This document shows, one piece after another, positions 52,603 through 64,000 of a stretch of DNA of 64,000 bases. Within the stretch, counting starts at the first letter, position 1. Each line of letters opens with the position of its first letter. Both the position numbers and the translations under genes were made by a program. This stretch comes from Cycas panzhihuaensis (lineage: Eukaryota; Plantae; Cycadophyta). Location: positions 202,313,741 through 202,377,740 of the forward strand of contig CM041465.1 of the NCBI GenBank assembly GCA_023213395.1. Reading direction: 5' to 3'. Under the pieces are notes generated by a model. That model had not been told where the DNA came from, searched no databases, and worked only from the letters and a program-made list of their open reading frames with translations.

Positions 52603-55600
52603 TGTTAGAGAAAAGAATAAAACATATAAACTATATTATTTATGTACACAACAAGCATACGCATTAGAAAGAAGAATAAAATAGACAAACTAAATCATTT
52701 ATGTAAACAACAAACACATGCATAAGATAGCAACTACAGAGTACACCAGGCATATATGTGGGAAAACCTTTTACTAAAAAACCCACCACTAAAAGCTTAA
52801 TTAACTACATTATTACAAATTGAATTAATTTACAATGGACTTTAGATCTCTTTATATAGATCCTTAAGATGTACATCTACAAATAATACATCAGACTATG
52901 TCAACCTCAAGATTATGACATCCGTAATATTCTCCACATTATTTACACCTCCACATGTTTAACATTAATTATTAAACTGCCATGCTAGCATCCCCTCTTA
53001 ATGTAAATGTGGGAAATCATCCTACAATAGCAGTAGCTCAAAAGTCTTTATAAAGGTTGGATTATCCTTTATCCTTGTTTATACATCCCCCCCAAGGATA
53101 ACTTCATTAGGTCCTAAGTTAGTATGAATCTTTATGAAGTGATCTTTAGTAAGAGCTTCAGTGAAAATGTCTACAAGTTATTCTTCACTTAGATAAAATT
53201 CTACCTATAACTTCCCTAACTTGATCTATTCACAGATATAATGGTACTAGATCTCTATATGCCTTGTACGTGCATGAATCTCTAGATTCTTCAAAAGTTG
53301 AATAACACTCTAGTTATTGATGAGTGTAACAAGTGTGTAAGAAGATATCCCAAGATTCTCCAAAAGTTCTTGCAACCATACTACTTCCCTTGCATCTACA
53401 TTGAGTCCTTGATATTTTTCCTCTGTATAAGATAATACAATAATGGTTTACTTCTTTAACTACCATGATACAACCTATTGGCAATACCAAAAATGTATTT
53501 AGTAGTTGATTTTTAATCTTTAGCATCTCCACCCCAATCTACATTAGTATATCCATGCAATTTAGTCTCTCCACCTTGAGGGTATTCTAGACTAAGATTG
53601 AATGTTCCCTTAACTTACCTTTTATAGTGGTCCAATGTGGTTCTTATGGATTCTGCATGTATCGAGATACCAATCTAATAACATAGGCAATATATGGCCT
53701 AGTGTGAGTTAAGTAAATCAAGCTCCATACCAATTGTCGATATTATGTTCCATTTACAACAGGCTTATTCATGTCTTTTAGGAGCTTTGTGCCCTTTACA
53801 CATGGTGTCTTCATCAGTGTGTAATCCTTCATACTGAATCACTTGAGTAAGTTCTATATATACCTCAACTACAACATCATGATTCGATCTTCCATCTACT
53901 TAACTTCAAAGCCTAAGAAGTAGTGAAGCAGTCCAAGATCCATCATATCGAATGTATATATCAAATATGACTTTGTAGTTATAATAGTCCTATTATATTT
54001 ACTAATAACAACAAGGTCATCTACATACAATATAATGATAACTATGGTGGACCCAGTCCTTCAAATATATAGGTTTGGCTCCAATTCTGTTGTCACAAAA
54101 CCATCTTCCTTCAATTTGGCAACTATCTTAGCAAACTAAGTGTGTGGTGCTTGCTTTAGGACATAGAGTGATTTCTTCAAGTTACATACTAAATGCTCAT
54201 GTTCTTCCTTCATGAAAGTAATAAGTTGAGCCATATAGATCTCCTTTCTCAAGTCTATGTTAAAGAAAGCTAACTTCATGTCCATTTGGTGTATCTCCAA
54301 GCATATGTAGCTACTAAAGTAAGGATCAATCTGACCATTGTTATCTTAGAGGCTAGTATAAATGTCTCCTTATAGTCAATTTCTTCTTTTTGCTTGAACC
54401 CCTTTGCAACAAGTTTAGCCTTACTCTTGTCTACTGCTCTATTGGAGCAAAACTTTGTTTTGTAGACCTACTTGCAATGAACTAGGTTCTTGGACAAAGG
54501 TAATAAGATCAAATTCCATGTGTTATTCTTTATGATCAGACCATACTTCTCCTCCACTATAGCTCTCCATTGTGGATCTCCCTTTACTTATTCATCTGAA
54601 ACTAGGTCGCTGGAATTGTTAGTGTTCACATTAGAGTCTAACTAACATGTTAGCTTTTTGTTCGTTAACCATTTGTAAGATCTTCTACTATTATGTTGGA
54701 TTCCTTAATTGTCCTCCTAGTCCATAATAGAATTGAAACACATGGTGCTATACGTACCTCTTCCTATGATAACTCCTCATTATTACTACCACTTGGTCTA
54801 TCTTCTATCTTAGTTGCAATACCTAACTCATTATCCTCTACAATTGTTGAAGCATGACTCAAAAATGGAAGAAGTAGGGAGTAAAAGATGTCTTCATATG
54901 AATTCTCAATATGATACATCATTGACTCATCAAACTTAGTTTCCTGACTAATCAAAAGCTTCCCCCCCTGTGGATCCCAAAGTTTGTAAGATTTATTCTC
55001 TTTCGAGTACTCTAGAAGATACACTTCAAACTCTTATAATCCATCTTCTTTCAATATGCATCTAGGCTATATGCATATGTAATGCACCCAAATACCCTAA
55101 AATAGTTAATAGAAAGTTTTTGACTAGTCCATCTTTCCTTGGGATTAATGCCATAAACAACTTTCATCAACATGCTATTAAGAATATAAACAATTATCAC
55201 AATAACTTCTACCCAAAACATTAGCGATAGGTTCTTTGCATGCATCATGTACCTTTCCATCTCTATCATGGTATAATTCTTTCTCTCTGCAACACCATTT
55301 TATTATGGAATATATAGTATGGTAAATTCCCATTTTATACCATAATCTCAATAGAACTTATTAAAGTCATTGTTGTCATACTCCTTTCTATTACTACTTT
55401 TCAAACTTTTAAGTTTTTTATCACTTTCATTCTTAACTCAAACTTTCCATTCATAAATGTGGTAAACACTTTAGACTTGCTTTTCAAGAAGTAAACCCAA
55501 CTTTCCTGGTATCATCATTTATAAACATAAGAGTAAAATGAGTGCTTGATATAAAAGGGTTTGATAGTAGTCCTATTAAATCAATATGTACGAGTTCCAA

Positions 55601-56230
55601 CTTCACCTTGGCTCTCCATACATAATCTTGATCGAAAGGATAGTAATGGTGCTTCCCATACACAAACCCTTCACATACACTTTCTGAACATAGAACCTAT
55701 GATAGACCTTCCACCATCTTCAATTGATTCATAAGGCTAATGCCCCTATAATTAAGATATCCAAGGCACTCATGCCACAACTTATCCATATCATTGGTAC
55801 TGACAATAAAAGTGTAGGTTTCCTTTTGGGCTCTAAATTTCTCAAACACCTAAAAGTCATCTTGAACTTTTCGAGTAGCAATGATAGAGAAGTTATTTTT
55901 AGGATCTTTAACTATGCATATATTTTTATAAAGTTTAATTTTCATACCTTGCTTATAGATTTCCTTGGCACAAAGAAGGTTGATCATCATCTTGGCCACA
56001 CAATATACCCCATTGAATTTACCTCCTGCAAGTGAAATAAAGCTAATACCTTCCATAAGAAATATGTAGGTGTCTCCAAGAATGACTTGAGTATCAATCA
56101 AACTAGCATTCAAGGCATTAAAGTTCTGCTTCTAATAAGTAATGTGTTTCTATGCTCTAGAGTTAAGGATCCAATAGTCTCTCTAATTTAACTCAGCTAA
56201 CAATATCATCCCCGTAATGCAATGTATTGC
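52603..56230 (-). mobile_element. Degenerate Ty1/copia (PR-INT-RT-RH, PPT, 3' LTR 52603-52990), interrupted by the Tat element
   Basis: LTR TGTTAGAG...GCTAGCA next to PPT TTAAGAGGGGA (minus strand); INT FRVFGCITYAY and YKLWDP; RT and RH motifs at 53100-54600; PR-like YWILNSRA*KHIT at about 56140-56180. Confidence 0.85.
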
Positions 56231-57381
56231 TATACACTTCTGGAATCGCATCTATAGGGATGGTAACTGCACTTGGCAAAGATTGGGGCAATCAACTATA
56301 AATACTAGAATAAACGATGCAATCCTACAAGTGGAGGAAACACCCGCAGAGGGAGTCCATACATCAGAACGCAGGTTCGGGACCTACAAATGGTGCATAG
56401 CTTCCTTAAGGTAGCTTAGGCTTTGGCTTGAAGGGAAAGATACATGTAAGGTATCTCAGACAACCCCAAATGATGGAATCCTCCCACCCTTGGATAGTCG
56501 AAAGGGGAAAGGGAGGCCCAACGAGGAAAAGAACTACTATAGGAATGTGATACGGTATGGGTGGAATAATAAGAACTCCTTAGGCTAACTCACTTAAGGC
56601 AGGTCTACGAGTGAAAGAAGTGATGGCAAAAGGCCACTTACCGCTACGTGAGCGAAGGGATCTAAGTCCTGGCAAGGGCAAAGTGGGTAGAGTGTGTGGA
56701 TAAGAATATGAAGAGTGTGTATGAAAGGTTAATATAGGTGTTCTCGTTTACTCTCACAAAAGAGGAACATAAAACACTCTCTCACTCTCTTTTGTTTTTA
56801 AACAAGAAAGACAGAAAAAGTATTCTAAACACGCTCAAGCATGCATGCTAGAAAGTCCAAAGCTAAGGGACGTTTTGCATTCGGGTAGGGGAGGAGGAAG
56901 GTATAATTCCTATGATATGCTCCTTCCTATAAAGGCAATGTGCATATGCAAGATGAATGTGTGCAGGTCGGTTGATTACTTTTTTCCTTTTATGTTATTT
57001 ATGATGATGGACCTAATAATAACAAAGGGAAAGAGCTATGAAAGAAGGGAAAATATGTACCCGAAAAGTTATGTGGGCAAAGAAGATATCTTGCTCCTAT
57101 GTTGTGCTTTGCTCACTTGCCCTTGTCTGACGCACCAATGCTGTTGAGAATCGGTATTAGAGGGGGCTTCCTTACCTTCCCCATGCAAAAGAAAGGAAAG
57201 GAAAGCCGGGAAGGACAAAAGGAAACAAAACAACTATGCGAGGAAACAAGATGAAGAGGAAAAAAGATGAAGACTTACCGGGATGGAAGCGGCTCTTCCT
57301 TTTCACGAATGTTATGATGAAACCTACAAACACAAGGTTTTCTTCCCCTTCCTTCAAGGGGCTGCTAGAATACCAAGTAGA

Positions 57382-57384
<3 letters not shown>

Positions 57385-57471
<87 letters not shown>
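57385..57471. repeat. (AT)n microsatellite, about 43 units, inside the Tat LTR
   Basis: Perfect AT run. Confidence 0.97.
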
Positions 57472-57473
<2 letters not shown>

Positions 57474-59699
57474 AGATAAAGTGCCAAAAGTTGCAAGCAA
57501 AGTGCTAGAAACAACATAAATTATTTAATTGAAAACTCCTTCTAAACCCTTCAACATAAGTCATAATAAGTAATGAATGCTAATAGTTAGCCCCAGAATG
57601 GCTAACCCACTTATGTAAGTACCTCCATGCTTCCTTTGAGAACAAGGATAACAGGTTTAGGTAGCTTATCTGACAACCAATGGTTAAACGAATAAATGCT
57701 ATGGAAGTTGGAAACATTATAAGTGTTTCCAAAGTTATGGTATGTAGCATGTACAACACTTAGTAAGGAAGCGGCTAAAAGAGGGATATAACACCACTAG
57801 GGGGCTGAAATGCCCTACTGATATAGGGCTCTCGAGGCTGGAAACAATGTAGAAAGGGGCTGCATACACTGGTTTCAGTAATAGCCTCCTTTCTGGGGTC
57901 GTTTAATGGCCTAAGGAAGACACAAGAAGGAGAGCAAAGGAGAAGAAGGGGGATTGCCCCTTGGGAAGCCAGCCTTATTGGGTATAGAACCCATCGAGTG
58001 CTTCCTTCACTCACACCTTGAGTGGCTCACCTCGCAGCCCTCTTAAAGACACCAAAGAGACAACGAAAAAAAAATGCAAATATGAAAGGAAAACTGCAGG
58101 GAAATATCTCTTGCATAAACTAGAAAGTACTGGAAACAAAAGATATATGGAAGATATCTTAGCTTTCAAAGTAGTTTTAAGAAGATGACATGAAGAAAAA
58201 CACAAAGAGATACCTGCTGGGCTGAGTTTGCAGCAGGCTTGCCTAAAAGCAGTGTAGGATGTGGCTGATCTGGGTGCTTGCAGGAGAATCCCTACAAAAT
58301 CTGAAGAAGAAACCTGTTATACGCCTGTGGATGCAAGCTTTGAATGGTGTCTTCACTTGATGAAGCTCGTTGGTGAGGCTAACTCCATGAACCTGAGCTG
58401 TGGAAGGTGGAGTCTAGGAGATCTCAACAGATGCATGGCATTTCCTATAGGAGGAAGCTTGTAGTGGTGGCAGAAGAGGAGGAAAAAGAGAGTTATAGGA
58501 GATTATTAGAGAGTGTAAGAGGAAGACATGAGGACAGTTTTGGGCTTTAGACTCAACCCAAGCCCTAATCGAGTGATTAGGGTTAGACTGGGACTCGGGC
58601 AATAATCCACGTGGCAATTTCACGAAAAATGTAAAAACTGCCACGACGGATTAAAAGAACAAAAGTAGACAGTCACACTGCAATAAACGTTACGGTACCG
58701 TGGCAAACTTCACAGTACCATAGAATTTGTTGCGGTGCGGGACCAGAATGTAATAAAAGGGGAAATAAATATCTTGAGAGCCCTAAAAGAGGGTATCCTA
58801 GGCTTAGGAGGGGTTGGCCCTCTTATCCAGGTGGTTAGGGACAGTCCAAGTGGGCAAATAGGCTAGACTGAATAGGGCGTCGAGAGGTAGGGCTCCCAAG
58901 AAACCTATGGACGGACACAAAATGTCAACCACTCATAGTGAAATGCTAAGGGTTGCGGTAAGGTAACAAAGGTGTAAGCGAGTCACACAAGTTGGTCAAT
59001 GCTCAAGGCAATGTGGAGGGCAACTAAGGGTTGTAAGGTACCATAGGGGCGCATGCCTCACAGAGAAGCATGTCCCGCGGGTCATCATAGACTAGGGACA
59101 TGCAGCATGATCAAGCAGCAAGATGCATGGCAATCACAAAGATGGTGCACTCAATCATGTAATGAATCAAACGATACTCTAGTCTACCTCTTGAAATGAC
59201 TAAAAAGGGAGATGGAAACATACCTATGCTTACCTGAGTCAACCTGTCCATACCCATTCCTGGTAGCCAGGAAACACTACCCCCTTAGTGGTAGAGCCTC
59301 GTTGCTTAGAAGCACAACGTAATGGTGAATGTTGATAACAAAATTATTAGTAATATATGTACATATAACAATGCAATCATGATAAGAGCCAAGGGTGCTA
59401 GTGAGTGTTGTGGTAAAATGCATGGATACATGGACATGAGTGAGGATAATATAGGGGCTGCCTATGTACCACTCTAAAGTCGATTGGAGATCATAGCAGA
59501 TGAGGGGAATACCCCCATCGTAGGAGTACAAGGAGAGAGATGATAATCACAAGCAATAGGGTGAATGAACAAACCTGTTGGTCGCCATAGTTTAAGGTCA
59601 TTAGCAACTGACTTTCAGAGGTGCGAATGGATCGTAGTGCAAAGAATGACCCAGGACTAGGGTGTAAGCATGACCAGACAAGTCCCTCAAGGCGGGTCA

Positions 59700-60105
59700 T
59701 TAAGAAGGGACAATGCTCAAGGATGAGGCAAACGAGGTTGTCCGCTTCAACGTTGAGGGCCCATGGGATATGTCGGATGTTGACAGATGAAAAACAAGCT
59801 AGTAGGGACCTGGCGGTTGAAGCGAGGGCTCTCAAGCGTGGGCATCGCACCTGGTAGACTTGGGTGACATGGGACACCACAACTTAGGAGTCGTAGAAGA
59901 CGATGATGGGTCCATGGTAGAAACAAAGTGCATTGGCGAGGGCTTCGATAACAGCCATGTATTCGGCTTCGTTATTGGTGGTCTTTAGGAAAAAGATTAT
60001 AGAATGCAGGAAATCGTGTCTGAAACGGTCACAGAGGATCCATGCGGTGGCAGAAGGGCTGGGGTTTCCACAGCTTTCACCATCAGTAAAGATGAAAAGT
60101 GCCAT
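59700..60105 (-). pseudogene. Additional archaeal-type RNase H (aRH, RNase HI-like), one in-frame stop
   Basis: MALFIFTDGESCGNPSPSATAWIL...TTNNEAEYMAVIEAL...IVFYDS*VVVSHVTQVYQVRCPRL...FSSVNIRHIPWALNVEADNLV; all four D-E-D-D positions are present. Confidence 0.9.
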
Positions 60106-60653
60106 GGATGAAAGGAAAAGCGTGAAATGTGACAAAGTTGATGGTGTTGAGGGGACACGATGATATAGAGTAATAGTGAGAGACTCGAATAGTTGGCGAT
60201 GAAGGCCGTGAATGGCAGGAGGATCAAACAATGAGGCTACCTGACGGTGGAGTGGACTATCCAACCGATGGGAAAGAACGGGCGGCGAAAAGGCCACTCT
60301 GGGGTGCCAAAGTTTGCTTAAGGAAGCAGAAAGTAGTCCCAAATAGAGGGGATGCTCCATTTGGAGGCCCTAGAGGCATGAACAGGTGACAAAAATGGAT
60401 CCAGGATAATGAAACAAGCCAAACAAGTATAAACTTAGGTATACATGGAAGTGGCACGCAAAACGAGGCAAAAGGGCCCTCGTGAAGGTAGGCAAACAAG
60501 CGTCATAAATACACCTGTAAAGATGAGTGAAATGGAGGCCGCAAGGGTGAAATGGGAGCTAGGACTAGAAGGCAATGGTGATCAGGCATGAGGGATGGCC
60601 CTAAGGGTTATCATGGTGATAGAAACGGAGGAAGTGCCTGTCGGGGCCCCCAC

Positions 60654-60661
60654 TTATATAA
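60654..60661 (-). promoter_or_regulatory. Candidate TATA box for the aRH transcription unit
   Basis: CCTTATATAAG on the minus strand, followed about 20-30 nt later by pyrimidine-rich CACTTCCTCCGTTTCT. Confidence 0.4.
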
Positions 60662-61368
60662 GGAAAACTCGATGAAAATAGAATTCATTTTCACAGGCTC
60701 GTGAACAATTTAGATCCCTTTCCCTTACGTAGTGGAGTGCTACCCGATTTCAGAGACACGTAGGAGGAGATCATACCATTAGATCAATGCGAGAGGACAG
60801 CCAACGGGATTAGGACGACGAGATGGCGGTCGCGAGGCTGGATCCAGTGAGTGGATTACTTGTTCCCTAGCCCATCTTATGTTTTGAGTTTTGTAATTTT
60901 TTGTCAATTTTTAGAGTAGTTCTGGGCCCCTTAATGGCAAATAGTGATCTCTTGGAGTCTAAATTGGACCCATCGAGAGGAGGGACTGGGGCATTAGGCA
61001 GCCCTGGTCTTAGTGGGCTAGAGCAAGGCCTGCTAGGGGAAATTTTTTTTGGTTTTTTGGCTAGGAAAACCCTCCTTTTGGGAGGGTGACATTCGCACTA
61101 TGGTGAAGATCACAGTGCCACGATCTTTGTCGCGGGGCCCCGATCGCATAGGGACCCAAGCTAAACTCCACGATACTGCAAAATTCAGTGCGATGCGAAG
61201 GCAGTATATCTAAAAAAATAAAAGATATCCCAAAGGAGAGTCGGATCTCGATCTGAGAGGAGGGAGAGGCAATCCTAAGGGCCAGTAGGTGGGTTTAGAC
61301 AGGTTCTGACTGGTTTTTAGGAGATTTTACAGGCAGTTATTGTGATAGAGAACCACAAAAACATAGGG

Positions 61369-63363
61369 ATGGCGATGTTGAGTTTTGTGGATATGATGTC
61401 TCATGGGGACAAATAGGTTTTAGCAAGGTGTGGCCTACTAAAGGTCATACAGATGCCACAGTATGCATCGGATCAACAACTTTTGGTGGATATATTCTCA
61501 CATTGAGACAGGCGGAGGCACGTGTTCCACTTCCTCTAAGTGGGGGACATCACTGTCACACCAGGAGACATTAGGAGGATCCTCATGGTACCGGCGACGG
61601 GATGACCAATATCACTAAGGGCGCTGCATAACAATGAGGCAACATGCAGGGAGGCGACAACATTCTTTACCAAACAGGATAGGTGGAAGAGGAGAGGCAT
61701 TCCCCTACAAACCATGGTCATGTCTAAAGTTCCTCGAGTGAGGAAATTGATTACCTTGTGCATCCTTGAGTGAGGAAACTGATTACCTTGTGCATTCTAT
61801 TCTGTATATCCTAGAAACAGAACTATAGAGATATACCCGGTAGGTGGATGGATGTAATCAGGAGATGTGAGGCCGAGGAGAGGCTGGATTGGGTCACCTT
61901 GATAGCGGTGAACCTAGTCACTCAGCTGGACACTATCAAGGTGGAAGAGAGAGGCAGATTATCTTACAACACGTTGCTACAATGTTGGTTCTTTGATCAC
62001 TTCAGAGTGGTGGCACCCCCAGGAGGACCACACCCTATCTTGGAGTGGGCTCCCATGGTCCACAGGTGGAAGACTCAGCTTAGAGGGACCAAGGACCAGG
62101 CGCATGTCTGTCACTTGATGGAGACTACGTCGCCAAACCTCCTCACCATGGCCGACTATATATCTGATCCATATCGAGGGGTGATGTGGAGCAGTGATGA
62201 TGAGGCAGGCAGAGCGGGAGTCATCCCTAGTGATGATGATGATGGTGATGGTGATGGGGATGATAGAGGTGACAGGGCAGGCCCATCTAGAGCAGCAGGT
62301 GGAGAGGCAGGACCTTAGGGAGTCGTAGGAGGAGAGGAGGGTCCGTCAAGCGCTGCAGAGGGAGAGGCAGGTCCATCGGGAGTAGCAGGAGGAGAGGCGG
62401 GTCCATCTGAAGCTACAGAGGGAGTCAGAGACCCACATACATGAGCCTGGAGATTGAGGATAGTGGGGAGATCTAGGGTGGAAGCAACACCAGCATAGGG
62501 AGGTGGAGATGCTCTAGTGGTCCAAGCAGTCGCTAAGGTGGTACCAGAGGAGGAGGAGGTACCAGCAGCTGGTGGAGCACCCGAGGAGTAGACCATCATC
62601 AGAGTCGAGGAGCCGGTAGCCCCAACAGGTGAGAGACTACATTTTCTTGTCATCTTTTAATCGCCTGACATTTAGTTATTTGATTTTATTTGATATATAT
62701 ATGGCTACATGTACTAACACATGGTGTGTTGGACTTCACAGAAGTGGTAAAGATATAGAGACGAGTAGAGGCGGTAGTCCGAGAGATGTTCCCCCGGGCC
62801 TACATAGAGGATCAACCTCCCATCCAGGCGGGAGAGGAGCCTCGATCAGTAGGGGCTCATACAGCAACATTCGCCCCATTGGTTAGGGTGAGAGATGTAT
62901 GGATAGTGGAGTCCCAGGAGCATGAGGCACGCATAGGATGGCTTCAAGGTGAGCTGGACGACACCCAAGTTGAGAGGGATGCCCTACGAAGTCAGATGCA
63001 AGTTTTGGAGGCTGAGGGAGGAGAAGGTGGAGATGTCAAGAGCCGCATCAGGATGGCAGTACTAGAGGAGCATCTCAGAGGAATGGAGTAGAGATTCTAG
63101 AGTATGGAGGAGAGACTCTGGGGAGTGGAGAGTGAGAGGGATCATATCTAGGTATGATACGATCAACTAGTGGATCAGGTAGCCTCGAGATCGTCACGGA
63201 GCAGGATACATACTCACACAATGACGATGACCCCGAGGAGGCCTCGAGACGAGGGGAGTGAGGCAGGGAGCTCCCAAAGGTGTAGGAAGAGCATAAGAGG
63301 CATGTGGTCCCTAGGAGAGGGATCACATCGACCGAGAGATGATACCCCAGGAGCGGGGCTTAG
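61369..63363 (+). pseudogene. Plant mobile domain (PMD, aminotransferase-like, MAIN/MAIL1-type) gene antisense to the element, with an acidic/repeat linker, one intron (62629-62741) and a coiled-coil-like second exon
   Basis: QLLVDIFSH*DRRRHVFHFL*VGDITVTPGDIRRILMVPATG matches the PMD pattern WDxxxxxFHFxxGExTITLEDVxxILGLPxxG. LDWVTLIAVNLVTQL...LLQCWFFDHF matches the C-terminal PMD motif. Several stops; the 3' end is approximate. Confidence 0.8.
62629..62741 (+). other. Spliceosomal intron in the PMD gene
   Basis: CAG|GTGAGA donor, T-rich body inside GA-rich coding DNA, TACTAAC branch point at 62712-62718, TTCACAG acceptor. Splicing joins the two frames in phase. Confidence 0.8.
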
Positions 63364-64000
63364 TAGAGTAGAGTATAGCAATTTTGATTTGATAGGGAAA
63401 AGCAGTGGACCTCGAGGGAGTCACTATATGTTACCACATGATGTACTTCTCCCTACAATGATCCTGGCTTTCCACAGATGATGTACCATACCATTTGTAT
63501 GATATGACACATGCTGATTATGTTATGTATATAGATGGGGCCATTGGCACCCCATTTGATATATGTTGGTATGTATGATGACACATGATGGATGATGTAT
63601 ATTTATGTTTTTATGCTTGTGTATGTATATGTATGAGGGTGCACGGATGCACGAAGAGAGATATGCTATGATGTTTTTGATTGATTATTGTATGGTTTAT
63701 GATAGGAGATTGTTGAGCTACATACACTTCCTTTCATGCGGGGCCATATTCCTAGCAGGGATATACACAATCACCATGAGCAGTAGTGATAGACATATGT
63801 GAGGCTAGGAGATAGGGTGGCACACATGTCCACATGGGAGCATAGCGAGATATGCAAAGGAAATGCCAATGGGAAGGGAGTGACGACACTCCAACACATC
63901 GTCCTAATTGGGAAATGTATCCAAACCTAGGAGCGCTAGGGGAAATACGCCCAAATAGGAGGACAAGGCCCCTAGAGGAAGGGGGACATGGGGTTCCATG

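Larger units (their letters stand above)
56231..64000 (-). mobile_element. 3' part of a Tat-lineage Ty3/gypsy element: about 3-kb 3' LTR, PPT and a long 3' region with accessory ORFs; the core pol presumably lies beyond the window
   Basis: LTR at about 56231-59276, homologous to the solo LTR; PPT CTAAGGGGGTAG (minus) at 59277-59288; archaeal-type RNase H and PMD remnants inside. Confidence 0.85.

Noticed and set aside
57236-57519. ORFs containing YIYIYI runs
   Set aside because: Translation of the (AT)n microsatellite, not a protein.
59884-60360. aRH as a host or horizontally acquired prokaryotic rnhA gene
   Set aside because: It sits beside a PPT and LTR and carries a stop; Tat-lineage aRH explains it.

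Overview
Eukaryotic, AT-rich plant nuclear DNA, most likely a large-genome gymnosperm-type intergenic region. That taxon is inferred only from the retroelement lineages. The window is almost entirely nested, decayed LTR retrotransposons. Copia elements: a full-length Tork/Tnt1-like element (165-5523) nested in the RNase H of an older copia; a younger full-length element on the minus strand (18936-24697); a related element on the plus strand (about 27270-34350) whose gag is split by a 2.6-kb solo LTR; and two further minus-strand elements. Gypsy elements: Tekay-, Tat/Athila- and CRM-like remnants, plus the 3' end of a Tat-type element (56231-64000). No intact host protein gene, rRNA, tRNA or CRISPR array was recognised. 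Two things stand out. (1) A 2.9-kb non-autonomous LTR element (8794-11699, perfect GAGAA TSD) carries a CpG-rich, non-TE-looking island with a plausible antisense promoter and a small spliced gene model. (2) The 3' region of the Tat element holds a divergently oriented accessory pair: a stand-alone archaeal-type RNase H, and an antisense, intron-containing plant-mobile-domain (PMD) gene. All calls were made by eye without database searches. Boundaries without a TSD are approximate.
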